Shown here one piece after another: positions 9,939-22,356 of a stretch of 64,000 nucleotides of DNA; the first letter of the stretch is position 1; every line of letters starts with the position of its first letter. Source of the stretch: Phaeosaccion multiseriatum. Lineage: Eukaryota; Protista; Ochrophyta, other classes. A program made the position numbers and the translations under genes. The stretch spans positions 1,550,001-1,614,000 of the forward strand of contig OZ218957.1 of the NCBI GenBank assembly GCA_965112735.1. Reading direction: 5' to 3'. The notes beneath the pieces were generated by a model. It ran no database searches, was not told the origin of the DNA, and saw nothing but the letters and a program-made list of their open reading frames with translations.

Positions 9939-12844
9939 ATGCAAGACGCAGCTGCAACTCCGCTAAAGCCGCTACGAGCCGATGGCAGGCGGGGCAACCA
10001 GATCCGCCCCATCATGGCCGAGCAGTCGCTGCTGAACCGGGCGGACGGCTCTGCTCGCCTCTGCATGGGAGCCACAGCCGTACTCGCGGCGGTGTACGGG
10101 CCCGCGCAGGCGCAGCAGACGCGCAAGGAGAAGGTGAGGGCATGGTGAGGGAGGGAAATGAGGGGGGAGGGAGGGAGGGAGGGAGGGAGGGCGGGGGTGG
10201 GGCTAAACATCCCTTTCCCCTTCTTAATCTCCTCCTTCTCTTCTCGTGGGGAGGATACTTGTGAAGAAATCGGGCCGGGCCGCCTGCTTAGCGGGCCGTG
10301 GTGCCCATTGGTACGGAAGCACGCGCCCTATAGACAGCCGAACGCCGTAATGAGGGTGCTTTTCAACCTTAGTTGAAGCCGTACACACATTCTCTGCCCA
10401 TATGCACCCTGCATTTCTCTCTCTTCCCTCACTCTCTCCTTGTACTCTCTCTTACAACCGACTGTCCCTGTGCCCCGCCCACCCCGGCAGCCGGAAGAAG
10501 CCGCGGTGGAGGTAACCTTCCGAACCGAGAAAGGGCAGCAGGCCGGAGGGGGCGGTCGAGGAGGACAGGCCGACGCAGAGAGGGAGGCCTTTGTGCAGCG
10601 CACCCTGGAGCAGGCCATCCTCACGCACCTCTATCCCAGGACGATCATCTGCGGTACGTCCTTTCTATGCTTCGCCTCCCCGTCCTTCCCTCTTCCCTCC
10701 TCCTCTTCCTCCTCCTCCTCCTCCTCCTCCTCCTCCTCCTCCTCCTCCTCCCTGCCCCCCTGCACCACACGAACCTGTGTGGTGCGTGCTTTGTGTGCTT
10801 TCCTTCTCCTCCTCCTTCCCTCTTCCTTCTCCTTCTCCTCCTCCTCCTCCTCCTCCTTGGCCTCCTCTTCCTTCCTTCTCTTCTCCTCATTCTCCTCCCT
10901 TACCATGAGCAAGCCTTATCCCATGCCACATGGACACACACAAAAGGGAGGCATTGTGTTGATGTGTGTATATCCTTCTTGACTGCACCACCTTCAGTCT
11001 TTAGAAGCTCACTCTCTCACGGTGATAATACGGACGGCCATATCACATCGAGAATACCCGAACCCGTCCGATCTCGGAAGTCAAGCGATGTCGAGCCGAT
11101 TTAGTACTACGGTGGGGGACCACGTGGGAATCGTCGGTGTTGTCTGTTTTTTTTTTCCCTGCCACTACTGTGCCCATCACTCACCCCACTCTCTCTCTCT
11201 CTCTCCGGTCCTTCCTCCCTGACTGCCACACGGTTCCACTCCCTCTTTTGCCATCCACTGCCATCCATTGCATGCACGTACCTTTCTTGTTGGCGCCCGT
11301 GGCCCCTCTCGTTCACACACAACACAGTCGTGCTGCAAGTGCTCTGTGACGACGGTGAGTGAGTGTGGGAGTGAGTGCGTGCGTGTGTGAGTGTGAGTGC
11401 ATGTGTGAGTGAGTGAGGGAGTGAGCGAGTGAGGGAGTGGATGAGTGAGGGAGTGAGTGAGTGCGTGGAGTGCTTGAGTGAGTGCATGAGTGCGTGAGTG
11501 AGTACGTGCGTGAGTGAGTACGTGCGTGAGTGAGTGAGTGAGTGAGTGAGTCAGAGCATGAGTGAGGGAGTGGGTGAGGGAGTGGGTGAGTGGGTGAGTG
11601 AGTGAGTGAGTGCGTGCGTGTAGTGCGTGAGTGAGTGCGTGAGTGCGAGAGTGAATGAGTGCATGAGTGAGTACGTGTGTGCGTGAGTGAGTGAGTGCAT
11701 AAGTGAGTGAGTGTGTGAGTGAGCGAGTGAGTGGGCGAGTGAGCGAGTGAGTGGGCGAGTGTGTGAGTGAGTGGGGGGGTGCGGCGTCGTATCCTTGTTT
11801 TTTCAATCTTTTTCCCATTGCCCCGCAATTCTCACATCCGCCCCCCCCCTTCCTCCCCTCTCCCCTCCCCTACCCACCTACACACACACCCACCCCCACC
11901 CCCCCTCCCAGGCGGCTCTTTGGCCTGCGCCATCAACGCCGCGGCCCTGGCACTTATGGATGCCGGTGTTGAGCTCCAGGCCATTCCCCTCGCCATCTGT
12001 GTGTCCATCGGCAAAGGGGAGGCGAGGGGGGTGAGTGGGTGGAAGTCTTGGGGGGTATTGGTGGGGGGGGGGATGCGGGATGTAGAAGGGAGGAGGAGGG
12101 GGACAAGCGAGGAGAAGTGAAGTCTCTCAGAGAACGCGTTTGTTGCGTCACTGCTCTCTTGTAGGGTTTGTTGCGTCACTACTCTCTTGTAGGTTGGCTG
12201 CTGCTCAAACCCATTCCACGCATCACCCCCTCTTCCCCCGTCTCCTTGTCCCGCTGCTTCCCTTTCATCCTCCTCGTGCCTGCCACTGGCCCCACTCCTC
12301 CCCCCCCCCCTCCCTTCAGCTGCTGCTGGACAGCACTCTGGAGGAGGTGGACAACCACACTGTCGCCACCTCGGTAGTTTCGGCGCTCAGCACGCAGGAG
12401 GTAAGGGGAGGGTACGAGGGGCGGTCCAATCACACAAAACGTTTCTGTTTGAGTTTCTCTTTCTATTTCTGCTGCTGCTTGAACGGCCCACAGCATGCCT
12501 CAGCGCACCTTCCTCCCTCACTAACTCTCTCGCTCTCTCACTCACTCACCCACTCCCTCACTCACTTTCTCACTCACTCCCTCCCTCCCTCCTTCACTTG
12601 CTGTCCTCCATCTTGTTGTGTGTCTGACCCCTTGTCTCTCCCTCTCCCCTCCCTTCCCCCCCCCCCCCCCACACACACACACACACAGGGCGTGCTCTCC
12701 ATGCACACGACAGGGCTGCTTGCTCCCGAGGAGCTCATGGCAAGCTGCGAGGCAGGGGCGAGGGGCTGCAGGGCGGTGCTGGCCTTCTTCAGGCTGCTCA
12801 TGGAACAGAAGGTCACGCAAGAGGCACACACCATCGTCACTTGA
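9939..12844 (+). CDS. RRP46: Exosome RNase PH-like subunit Rrp46/EXOSC5; exons 9939-10133, 10491-10653, 11328-11354, 11912-12030, 12320-12400, 12689-12844
   Basis: Spliced product reads RADGRRGNQIRPIMAEQSLLNRADGSAR...VLAAVYGP...[37 protein letters not shown]. All six exons join in frame at GT-AG sites. Confidence 0.88.
11030..11147 (+). rRNA. 5S rRNA gene (inside RRP46 intron 2)
   Basis: About 118 nt: ACGGACGGCCATATCAC...CCCGTCCGATCTCGGAAGTCAAGC...TTAGTACTACGGTGGGGGACCACGTGGGAATC...GTTGTCTGT. The 5' and 3' ends pair as helix I, box A/C-like motifs are present, and a T run follows. Confidence 0.92.
11147..11156 (+). terminator. RNA polymerase III oligo-dT terminator
   Basis: Run of 10 T at the 3' end of the 5S sequence. 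Confidence 0.8.
11355..11772. repeat. Degenerate (TGAG)n microsatellite filling most of RRP46 intron 3
   Basis: About 420 bp of gtgagtgagt/gtgcgtgagt starting at the intron donor GTGAGT. Confidence 0.9.
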
Positions 12845-12891
12845 CCATCGGTACTCACTTTACACTTGACCCCATGGGCACTTGAGGGGCG

Positions 12892-12923
<32 letters not shown>

Positions 12924-13115
12924 AGACTGACTGACTGAAGTGAGAGGTGCTATCTCAGTGAGGCTGCTGACTCAGTGTGAGGTGTGAGTGTGTGAAGGTA
13001 GCCACATGACTGACTGACTCAGTGTGAGGGTGTGAGTGTGTGATTCTGATAGGACGTGCATGCACACGCGGAAACCCTTTGAGGACGAAGGAGCGAAGGG
13101 CAGAGGTGCCTGAAC

Positions 13116-13793
13116 ATGCAGGCCCAGGGTGGACGTGGTGGGATGTGTAAACGCCATGCTCGAATGAAAAGGGAGGGAGCGGAGCAGACGGTGATTGCCC
13201 AGGGCACGCCTAGACCCAAGCGAGGAGCTGCCACCGACATCGATAGGAGAGGAAGGAAGAGGGCGAAGTTCCCCCCTTCAGTTGAGGGAGGGGAGAGGCA
13301 GCAAGAAGAGAAGGAAGCAGCGGAGCAGGATGGGGATGGAGGAGGCTTGCTTGCGAGGCTGGGGCTTCATGTCGGGGATGAGATTCAGCTTCCCAATGGT
13401 CTGTGGAGAGAGCTGGAAGATGCTGCTGCCGACGCTGCCATAGCCTGCTGGGGCCACCGGGATAGGCAGCTGTCGAATGGCGTGGTGGTGTCTGTGGGCC
13501 AGAGTAAGGTGTTGCTGCTGCCCCACTACGCTGTGCGCACCAAGAGAAAGGGGACCAGCCTGGAGAGCACGATTCGAGGCTTTGTGTCTGCCTACCAGCG
13601 CTATCGCTCAGGAGGAGGAGGGGGTGATGAGGATGACGAGAAGCAGCAGGACGAGTGGGAGGTGCTGGAGGAGAGCATGGTGGCGGCGAGCGAGAAGAAG
13701 AGGCGGGGACGGAAGGCGCTGCGAGCGTGCGTGCGTGTGGGGGGCGTGGCAGGGGCTTGTGCTGGTGCTGATACCTCGGGAGTGGGGATGTAG
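13116..13793 (+). CDS. Hypothetical protein or exon (225 aa)
   Basis: Open frame with protein-like composition and NLS-like basic clusters (RRGRKRAK, KKRRGRK). No family recognised; it may be spliced further. Confidence 0.35.
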   Translation: MQAQGGRGGMCKRHARMKREGAEQTVIAQGTPRPKRGAATDIDRRGRKRAKFPPSVEGGERQQEEKEAAEQDGDGGGLLARLGLHVGDEIQLPNGLWRELEDAAADAAIACWGHRDRQLSNGVVVSVGQSKVLLLPHYAVRTKRKGTSLESTIRGFVSAYQRYRSGGGGGDEDDEKQQDEWEVLEESMVAASEKKRRGRKALRACVRVGGVAGACAGADTSGVGM

Positions 13794-14864
13794 TGACGCG
13801 AAGCCGTCCGCCTCATCTCCTGCCAATCTTCGCCGCGGTGAAGCTTGGCTCGCACCATCGTACCATGGTGGGTGGGCGGGTGGGCGGGTGGGTGTGGATG
13901 GGCGGATAGGTGGGTGGGTGAGCGGGTGACTGGGTGGGTGGGTGGGTGGATAGGTGGGTGGGTGGGTGGGCGTGTGTGTGTGGGTGGGTCGGGGGGGGGC
14001 TTGTTGCGATAAAGGGAGGCCTGATGTATCGCAACAGGGCTAGGGGGTGTTGGGGGTCGGAGGCTTGGGGCAGGAGACAGCGGAAGACCGAGGGCATAGA
14101 CGAGGAGAGAGAGGGGAGGAAGTGTCTGCGAGTCTTGTCCAAGGGATTATGGGTTGGAATAAGCCAACAGGGAGGAGGGTAATGGGGCGAGTGACTTTCA
14201 CGCCTTGCCACTGCCACGATGGATGCTGGGAGTGTTTTGCTCTCGGCTTGCCGTCACCCCTACACACGGACTTGTGTGAAGCAGCTGCGCCCTGTCGCCC
14301 TTACGCCGGGCCCTCGCTGCTGCTCTGCTCTGCTCTGCTCTGCTCTGCTCTGCTCTGCCGCTGTTGCCCTCTGGATGTATTCATGTGTGTTGTGTTGGCT
14401 GTGCAGGGAGGCGGCGGGAGCACGGAAGGCATGAGCCGGGTCAAAGCTACCGACGAGGAGGGGTCTTTCCTCGTGGCCAAGTCTGAAGCTTGCCGATTTG
14501 ATTTGATTAGATCAGTTGCATCTTCTTGATTCGGTTGTGGGATGGGGAGGAGAGGCTCTCAGGCTGTGAGGCCATCAGGCTGGGCTGCTGTAGGCTCGGC
14601 TGCTCTCTTGCTGTGAGGCTCCCATACTCATCATGGCGATGTGACTGACGTCGGAGGGAGCAGGGAGCTCATACACACGACACTCGAGGCGGGAGTGGCG
14701 AACAGGTCGTTAGGTCAACAGGCAGTGAGTGCGATTGAAAAAATATAAATTTGGCCAGCACAGATGGCACCAGACACGATCTCCATTCACCTTTTCCCCT
14801 TTCACACGCAATACTCTGCACAAAGCCTTGTCTTTCAGCAACGTGCGGGAGGAGACGAGAGGGA

Positions 14865-15222
14865 AGAGCCACTCAAGAGCTGGTGTGCGGTGGATGGGCG
14901 TGAGACCCTCATCTCCTGAGGCGAATTTGTTTTGTTTTGAAGGCCTTTGGGGGGAACTAGAAGACAATCTCTCCACAGCGATCCGCGGGAAGGAATGTGA
15001 GAGAGGAGCCACTCAGAGGAGCTGAGGCTCCCATCATCATACCCTGACATCTTATCCCGTTGATCTGTTGAAGAACTCTCAGAGGAGAAGACCCTCTGCC
15101 TCGCAGCCGGGATCCAAAAATCGTGGACGGGGGAGGGGTGTGAGAAGCATTCGAAGCAGGGAGGACTTCACTTGAGCCTCGGAGCTGTGGTCAAGACGTG
15201 GTTACTGTGGAAGGCTGTGAGA
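14865..15222 (+). repeat. Right arm of an inverted paralogous repeat (partner about 5933-6352): leader plus the first degenerate zinc-finger units
   Basis: cttatcccgttgatctgttgaagaactctcagaggagaagaccctctgcctcgcagccgggatccaaaa closely matches the reverse complement of about 6115-6187. Patchier similarity extends to gagccactcaagagctggtg (14866) versus 6333-6350. Confidence 0.85.
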
Positions 15223-18200
15223 TGTATATTAGAGCTTATGGGCTCAGTATTGGAGCGCTCGAGGTAAGTTGTAACCATATGTAGATGCGTGTATGTGTGG
15301 TATTGATGGAGCGTGAGGTGGAGGGGAAGAGGATGGTAAGGGTGGTAGAGTAGAGGATAATGGGGAATGGGAAGGGAGTGAAGGGGGGAGGAGGAGATGA
15401 AGGGGTGTGGGAAGGAGTGAGGTGGTGGAGGTGATATGTGAACTAGCCTACTGTGGGTGGTGCGGGTGACAAGGCGTGACTAACTGTGGTTGCTATGCTG
15501 TGTGCTGATGGTCTCGCTGTCTGCTGGCTGGTGTACTCCTGCTCCTCAGGCGGCCGCTCCGTCGATGGCTCCCATGAGCCCCCAGTCGAGGGTTTCTGCT
15601 GCTTCGTGCTGCGTCATGGTGGCTCGAAGGAGGGTGCCATACCTGATCTCCCGCTGTGAGAGGGCGCGTTGAAGGGCGAGGGACAGTTGTTGGCGCAGGA
15701 GGCCCTTGATGGGGCCCGTGGCTGCCGCCGCTGCGGGGCCGAGCCCTCTTGATGCCTTGTGGATGGCCATCGCCTCGATGAGCTCGTCCGTTTGGTGGCC
15801 CAGTCTGCCGTACGTCTCGATTGCAATGCACTTCAGGGTTGAAGTCCCGGGCAGAAAACTGCCCAGGTAGTGGGTGCGCTTGCGTTCTTCGGCGGCGGCT
15901 GCTGCGTGGCCTGGCGTGGTGGAGGCCCGTCCCACGTGAGTGGGGGCGGTGGGGTTGGTGACGGTGATGTCGCAGAGGAGGTTTCTCCGCAGGGGTGCGT
16001 CCGCTCCCGGGAAGCTACCTGCGGGATAGGTCAGGTCCATGCGTAGGTCTCGGCCTGCTCGGGTGCCCGTGGGGCCGTCGAAGCAGGTCTGGTCCTCTAC
16101 ACGTGCTCCTCCAATGCCCACGCTGTGCATCATCCTCCCGAAGGCCTTGACGAGGAGGTGGTGTGTGTGGTTGTGGAGGCCGGTGCGGGGGCAGATGGTG
16201 GCGTGGGTAGTGCTTGCCGTGCGGGCGCAGCCTGTGCCAAGGCAGGGTGGGGGCGGGTCCGCGTATGGCGTGTTGACACCGAGGTTGCGACGAAGGGCCA
16301 TGGTCCATTCTGCGGGGGCCATGGTGTTGTGGCCGTGGGGGAGCGCTCCGAGGAAGGCCATGGCGCCCCTTCCTCGCTGTGAGTGGAGTCGGGCTGTTGC
16401 CATTTCCTGTGTCTCCTCTCCCCTCTGTGCCTCTGCCGGTGTGACGTCGATGGTGGCGATGCTCTGCGTCAGCTCCTCATGGCGGCGTTTGTGGATGAAG
16501 GTGGTGAGGGCCTTCTGGACGCCGTGGGTCGGTTGACGGCCTGCCTGATGGCTCCTGCGCACGTTGCGTCGCGCTGTGTCCTGGGCTTGGTGGTCAGGCG
16601 GCTCGAGTACGCGTGAGCGGGCCTCGTCGAACTGTGCCTGACCCACTGCTTGGATGAGGGGGGCCTCAGGGACCCCCTCCTCGTGCAGGAGGTTGACGCT
16701 GTCGGCGACGCTCTTGAGGGCTCCGTTGGTGAACAGCTGGTCCGGTAGGGCGCTCTCTTGGGAGCCTTCCCGGCGTGCGGTGCGGCTGAGCAGGGGGAGG
16801 GTGAGCATCTTGTTGCCAAGGTATGCTGCTGGGGCGATGTCGTGGAGGCTGGTGAGGCCGAGGCCGCCGAAGCGCCGTGCCGTATGCATTTGTAGGCGCT
16901 GTGTCTCCGTCCATGGCTCCTCTTGTGCATCTGCGGCCTGCTCCAGAGGGGGGGCATCGGGGAGTCGCATGATGTGGGCCAGTGTCGCCCTGTTGGTGCG
17001 GTCTGCCCTGCTGCCGAGGGCGCGTCGGAAGATGGAGGGGTCAATGGCTCTCGCCAGGTGTGTGAGCCTGGCTGGGAGGCATTGGAGGAGGACGAGGGTG
17101 GCCGCCTGGGTGTTGTCCCACTCGCTGCAGTGTTTGGCGAGTTGGAGGTAGCCCCTGGGGTCTTCTTGGCCGAGGATGTTGCGGAGGTACTCTTCGATGT
17201 ACTCCTCCGTGCCGACGGGGATGCCGGCTACCACGGTACCCTCGGTGGCAAGTGTGGCGCCCTGCCGTTGGGCGTGGTCCCTGTCAGCCTGTGTTGGCTG
17301 CTTGCCTTTGCCCATGAGGTAAACCGTTTTCCTCTCGTTGAACTCGAGGCCCAAGCCTCGGAATTGGGCTTGGAGATGGGCATGGCGTGGGGCGTAGGTC
17401 TGTAGGGGTGCGTCGGGTTCCAGCTGGTCCATGAGGTCGTCTGCGTAGGCGGAGATGGTGGGGCGGTTCGCTACGGTGTCGGCTGTGTTCTGAACTTTCA
17501 GCACTGGGTGGATGGCGGCTGCGAACATGAGAGGCCCTTCTGGTGCTCCTTGGTTGACTCCGGAGCTCTGGTGGATGGTCTGGGTGCCGTCTGGTGTGAG
17601 GGCGTTGTGGGCGGAGGCGTGGGAGAGGCTGGCGATGGCGTAGTTGATGCCTGCTGGGTCGATGGTAGGGAGTGCTCCTGAGGCTAGGACGCCTCTGGCA
17701 CGCGACACGCGGGTGTAGGCCTTGGTGATGTCATGCAGCACGACGGTTTTGCCGGCATCGTGCGCTAGCTGGGCTGCTGCGGCGTGTGTTTCCCCTCCGC
17801 CTCTGACCGCTACCGCTAGCTGTCCTGCGCTTCTGAGCTCTGGGCCCACCCTGTCCGCGATGAGCTTCATGTGACAGCTCTCCACGAGGCTGCGGTAGAG
17901 GTTGGGGGATGTCACAGGACGCGCTTTCTCGCCGAGGGCTGCGGCGCTGGTGCTGAACCACCGTTTGGCGAGCTGTGGAGGCAGTGGAGTGTCCCCCGTT
18001 CGGAGCAGCTCGTAGGTGTCAGTCAGAGCCTCCACGATTGCGTACTCCTGGGGGCTGTCCGGGGGGTACTTGACGTGGCTCGCCCTGCGCCCGTCTGCTC
18101 CTTGGCCCTTCCAGAAGTTGACCCTCCGGTAGGTCAGCAGCATGGCTGTGCTGATCTCCTCTCTGGTGACGTCGTTGCCATTCTCGGGGTGCTCCTGCAC

Positions 18201-21200
18201 CTGGGTTCTGGCGTACTCCCTGGCTGCTGCTGCTGCTGTGTTGATCTCTTCGAGGCTCTCGTCGACGTGCGCTTGCTGGAGGCGTCTAAAGGTCTCGTGT
18301 GTGGGAGGGAGGTGGCCGTCTCTGCTCTTTGTGCTGAGCCTCGCCGCGGCCTTGTGCAGGCCTCCGGGTTTGGTGAGCAGGTGGGCGCAGGTTTCTCTCC
18401 GTCGCTCCTCTGTCTGTGCCTGTGCTGGGGGTGGTGGGCGGCGTGCGTGTGCTGTGGCTATCGCTGCTTGTGCGAGTGGGGCGATGTCGAGGTCGAGGAC
18501 CATCTGTATCCGCTGCTGGCGGCTGTAGGCTCCGTCTTTAGAGAAGAGCATGGCAGGGAGGAGGTGGTGGAAGACATCCCATGCCAGAAGGGTGTGGAGG
18601 GTGGCGTCGGTGGGGCCGTTCTTGTGGGCCCTCAGCGCCCTGTTCCAGTTGTTGAGCGCTCTTTGCTGTAAGCTGATAATCGAGCTGACGTGGCGGGGGT
18701 TGCACTGCGCTACTGTCTCAAACACGAGTGTTGAGAGGATGGTACCCTGCGGGTCCAGGGCCCCTAGGCGGAGGACGTTTGGGTGCTGCATGGGCCATCC
18801 TTCCTCGGGTGTATCGTCGTTGGCTGGCCCTTCTCCGTCCCCTCCGTCCCCGCCGCTACCTCCTTGGCCTCTGCTCCGTCCTCCTCCCCCTCGTCTCGCT
18901 GCTGCTGCTGTGGTTCCTTGCGTGCGTGTGCTATCTCCCCCTGCCCTTTCTCTCTGAGGTCCCCTCTCTGCTGCTGCTCCTTGTCCGTTTCCTTCCCCCT
19001 CCCTCGTCCTCCTCTTCCTCCTTCTACTCCACTTGGCGCTGCTGCGATTGCTCCTCCTCCTCCTCCTCCTCCTCCTCCTCCTTCCGCGTGCCCTCGCCCT
19101 CCTCCTCTGCCCGTGGGGGTGGTGGGTTGGTACGGGTTGAGCCTGGCCGTTGCTGTCGTGTGCTGGGGCGTTGCCGTACGCGACGGGTCCTCGTTTGGGT
19201 CTGGGCCTAGATAGGCGTTCTCGAGGTCGTTGAGGGGGCCTTGGTAGGCCGATGCTGCGTTGCCTTGGGTGAGGATGGTCCTGAGGGCGGGGATGGCTCG
19301 TTGAGCTTGGTAGCCAGCCATGCAGCCTTGCGCGGGGCAGGGGAGGTTGCCTGGTGGTATGACGGGCTGCTGGTTGGCTCTCCTCAGTGTGGCTTGGTCG
19401 TTCAGGTGGTGAAGGAGGCACGCGGGGTGAACGGTGTGTTGGCAGCGTCGGGTGCGTACTGGCCACTCCGTGGTTGGTGCGATGAAAGGGGGGTCCGCGT
19501 CTGACATGCATATGCAGCATATCGGGGCTGGGGGGGCGGTAGGTTGGGGTGGGGGTGTGTGTCGGGTGGTGGGGGGTGGCTGGGACTGGCGGCGTCGCCC
19601 TTGGCTGGCCTGCGCGTGCTGCTGATGCGACTCTCTGCGCTCCCTCGCTAGGCGATCCCTTGCGCGGCCCATAGCTCTCCCTCCTTGTGCTGTGATGGCC
19701 TGCTCGATCGTGTGCCGGTAGCAGGGGTTGCGGCAGTAGGGGCAGAGGTGGTCGTTGCGGTTGGGGTACCTGCTCATGACTCCCAATGCGCAGTGGTTGT
19801 GCACGTGATGTTCGCCTTCGTGCATGGCGACTTGTGCTTGGCCAGTGAGCGGTTCCATACACACCGGGCAGTTGGGTAGCTCCTCGTTGTTGGTGGGGTC
19901 GCCTCCTCCTTCTCCTTCGTCACCTCCTCCCGCTGCTTGCCCTTCCCCTCCTTCTGCCGCTGCTTCCCGTGCCAGTGCTGGGCGCTCTCCTCCGCCTCTG
20001 CTGTTTTCGCCCTCTTCCCCCCCTGCTACTACTCTTCCTTCGCGGTCTCCTCGTCCCCCTCCCCTGTGTCCCGCTCGCTCTCCTCTCCCTCCTCCCTCCT
20101 GGTCGTGCTCTCGTGTAGTGTCTGTCCCACCTGCTCTTGTCGGTGGGGGCATGCTTCGAGCTCGTTGGATGGTTGGCGGTGCTGGTAGGCTTGCGGCTTC
20201 GTGTGCTCGTATGCAGGCGTTGCATAGGGGTTGTCGTAGGCCTGATTGCGGGAAGCGGGTAAGGAAGGATCTGCCGGAGTTTCGGTGGGCCAGGTTGCCG
20301 CATCCACTTGTGCAGTCCCGGAGCTGGTACGTATTATTCTGTGGTCCGCTCTGTGGGCCGTTGGCGCGGTACCACAGGATTGACGCGGCCTGGGGGTGGT
20401 GTTCGCGCATCCATCGGTCCCACTCTCTGCCGCGGTTCGGGTGGTGGCTCGACTGGTGCCTGATGAGGCGGTCTCTTGTGTTGCCTACCGTGACGAAGGT
20501 GTCGTGGCATTCGCCAAAGTTGCAGAGGATGCCCCCTTGAATGTTTCCATTGTCGGGGTGTCTTCGGTACACTCGGGCGTTGTTGGGGTTGTCCTCCGGT
20601 GTTGGTGGGCTGGGTGTGGTTGCGTCGCTTTGGGCGGGGGGTGGTGGCGGTCCTGGTGCGGTTCCCCGGGGGGCCTGTCTCGTGCGTAGGGCGAGGGCTT
20701 GCCCCGGCGCCCACCACGGTGTGGCCATGGTGTTGGCGAAGGGGGAGGTGGTGGTGTTGTTGGTGTGGTCGCGTAGGGCGTGGCCGTAGCGCTCAACGAT
20801 GGCTTGGACGTCGGGTAATACCGCGATGAGTTCCTCCTGTCGTGAGGCGGTGATGTAGTCGTTGACCAACTCGTTGGAGGTGATCTCTTGGCCTGCGAGC
20901 GTGTGGGCATAGGCCTCCACGATCTGTTGCCATCCAAGGGGGTAATCTCCTCCCCCATGTGGTCTTCCGGGGGTGGTGGGGGGGCCTCCGCTCCTTAGAG
21001 CTTGTCTGAGGAGGGGCATATAGAAGTGCGAGTTGGTAGGCGGGAGCGCCGCGTCGCGCTGGTGGCGTATGGTGTTGCTCCATGTCGTTGGTGCGTGTCC
21101 ATGCGTGTCTGTTTCGAGTGATGCTGTCTCTTCCTCGTGCGTCGTGGGGGGTGGTCGTACGAGGTCGGCGATGGCCTCGGCCGTGTTGTGGTGGGTCAGT

Positions 21201-21943
21201 TCCGTCGCGGTGAGGTTTAGGCTTGCGAACTCAGCGCTGATGCGTCGGCTGGCGGATGCTGGCGCTTGTTCGTTGAAGAAGAGGTTCGGGTGTTGCCGTA
21301 TGGGGGTCGTGGCTGTGAGGTGGGTGTCTTCGTATTCGTCTTGGAGGATGGAGACGATTTGCTCTGTGATCCCGTGTGCGTTTCTGTGAGTTGACGCGTT
21401 GGTGGTTTGGGCTGGATCTGAGGCTCGGAAAGTGGCGGTTGGCCTTTCCGGGCTGCGTGCTCGGGGGGTCCTGCTTCGTCCCCTTGGCCTCGTGGTTGGC
21501 TGCATGGGTGCTGGGCTGGTCGCTGTGGGGGGTGGTGCTGTTGTAGGGCCTGTTGTCTCGCTGGCGGGCGTGGTAGATCTCCTGGCGGCTGGTGCTGTTT
21601 GTTGCCGTGTCGTTGAGATCGGTTGTGGTTGCTGCTGCTGGGGGTGGGCTTCCGCTGCTGTTGCTGTGGGTTCCGTGAGTGCTGGTGGGAGCTGTGGGTC
21701 CTGCGGGAGGGTGTTGCGGGGTGCTGCGGCCGCTGGTGGAGCCGTGATGGGGGTGGGCACGCCTTCCCGTGCTGGTGTTTGGCGAATTGCTGCTGCCGCT
21801 GCCCGTCTCTCCCTTCTTTCGAGCCGCTGCTGATCGCGGCTCATAGGTGGCTCCTGCTGGGTTGCTGTGAGGTTTGCTGGTGTCTCCTGGGCTCCGGGGG
21901 GCCGCGTGGCCCCCCTGTCGTCCCCTTCCATGGTGGCCCTGTC
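15223..21943 (-). mobile_element. Non-LTR retrotransposon copy 1, full length (type A), one homopolymer frameshift near 18995
   Basis: ORFs 18764-21931 and 15546-19862 together reconstitute the protein of copy 3. 5' end is GACAGGGCCACCATG. Confidence 0.95.
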
Positions 21944-21973
21944 TTAAGCAGAAAAAAAAGAAGGGGTGTGAGA

Positions 21974-22356
21974 TGTATATTAGAGCTTATGGGCTCAGTA
22001 TTGGAGCGCTCGAGGTAAGTTGTAACCATATGTAGATGCGTGTATGTGTGGTATTGATGGAGCGGGAGGTGGAGGGGAAGAGGATGGTAAGGGTGGTAGA
22101 GTAGAGGATAATGGGGAATGGGAAGGGAGTGAAGGGGGGAGGAGGAGATGAAGGGGTGTGGGAAGGAGTGAGGTGGTGGAGGTGATATGTGAACTAGCCT
22201 ACTGTGGGTGGTGCGGGTGACAAGGCGTGACTAACTGTGGTTGCTATGCTGTGTGCTGATGGTCTCGCTGTCTGCTGGCTGGTGTACTCCTGCGCCAACA
22301 ACTGTCCCTCGCCCTTCAACGCGCCCTCTCACAGCGGGAGATCAGGTATGGCACCC
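21974..22356 (-). mobile_element. Copy 2: 3' UTR plus an inverted ~68 bp 5' segment
   Basis: 21974-22293 is the 3' UTR. 22289-22356 is the reverse complement of element sequence seen at about 15632-15699. Confidence 0.9.

Noticed and set aside
11107-11828. His/Thr/Ser/Leu-rich ORFs on the minus strand
   Set aside because: They are translations of the intronic (TGAG)n microsatellite.
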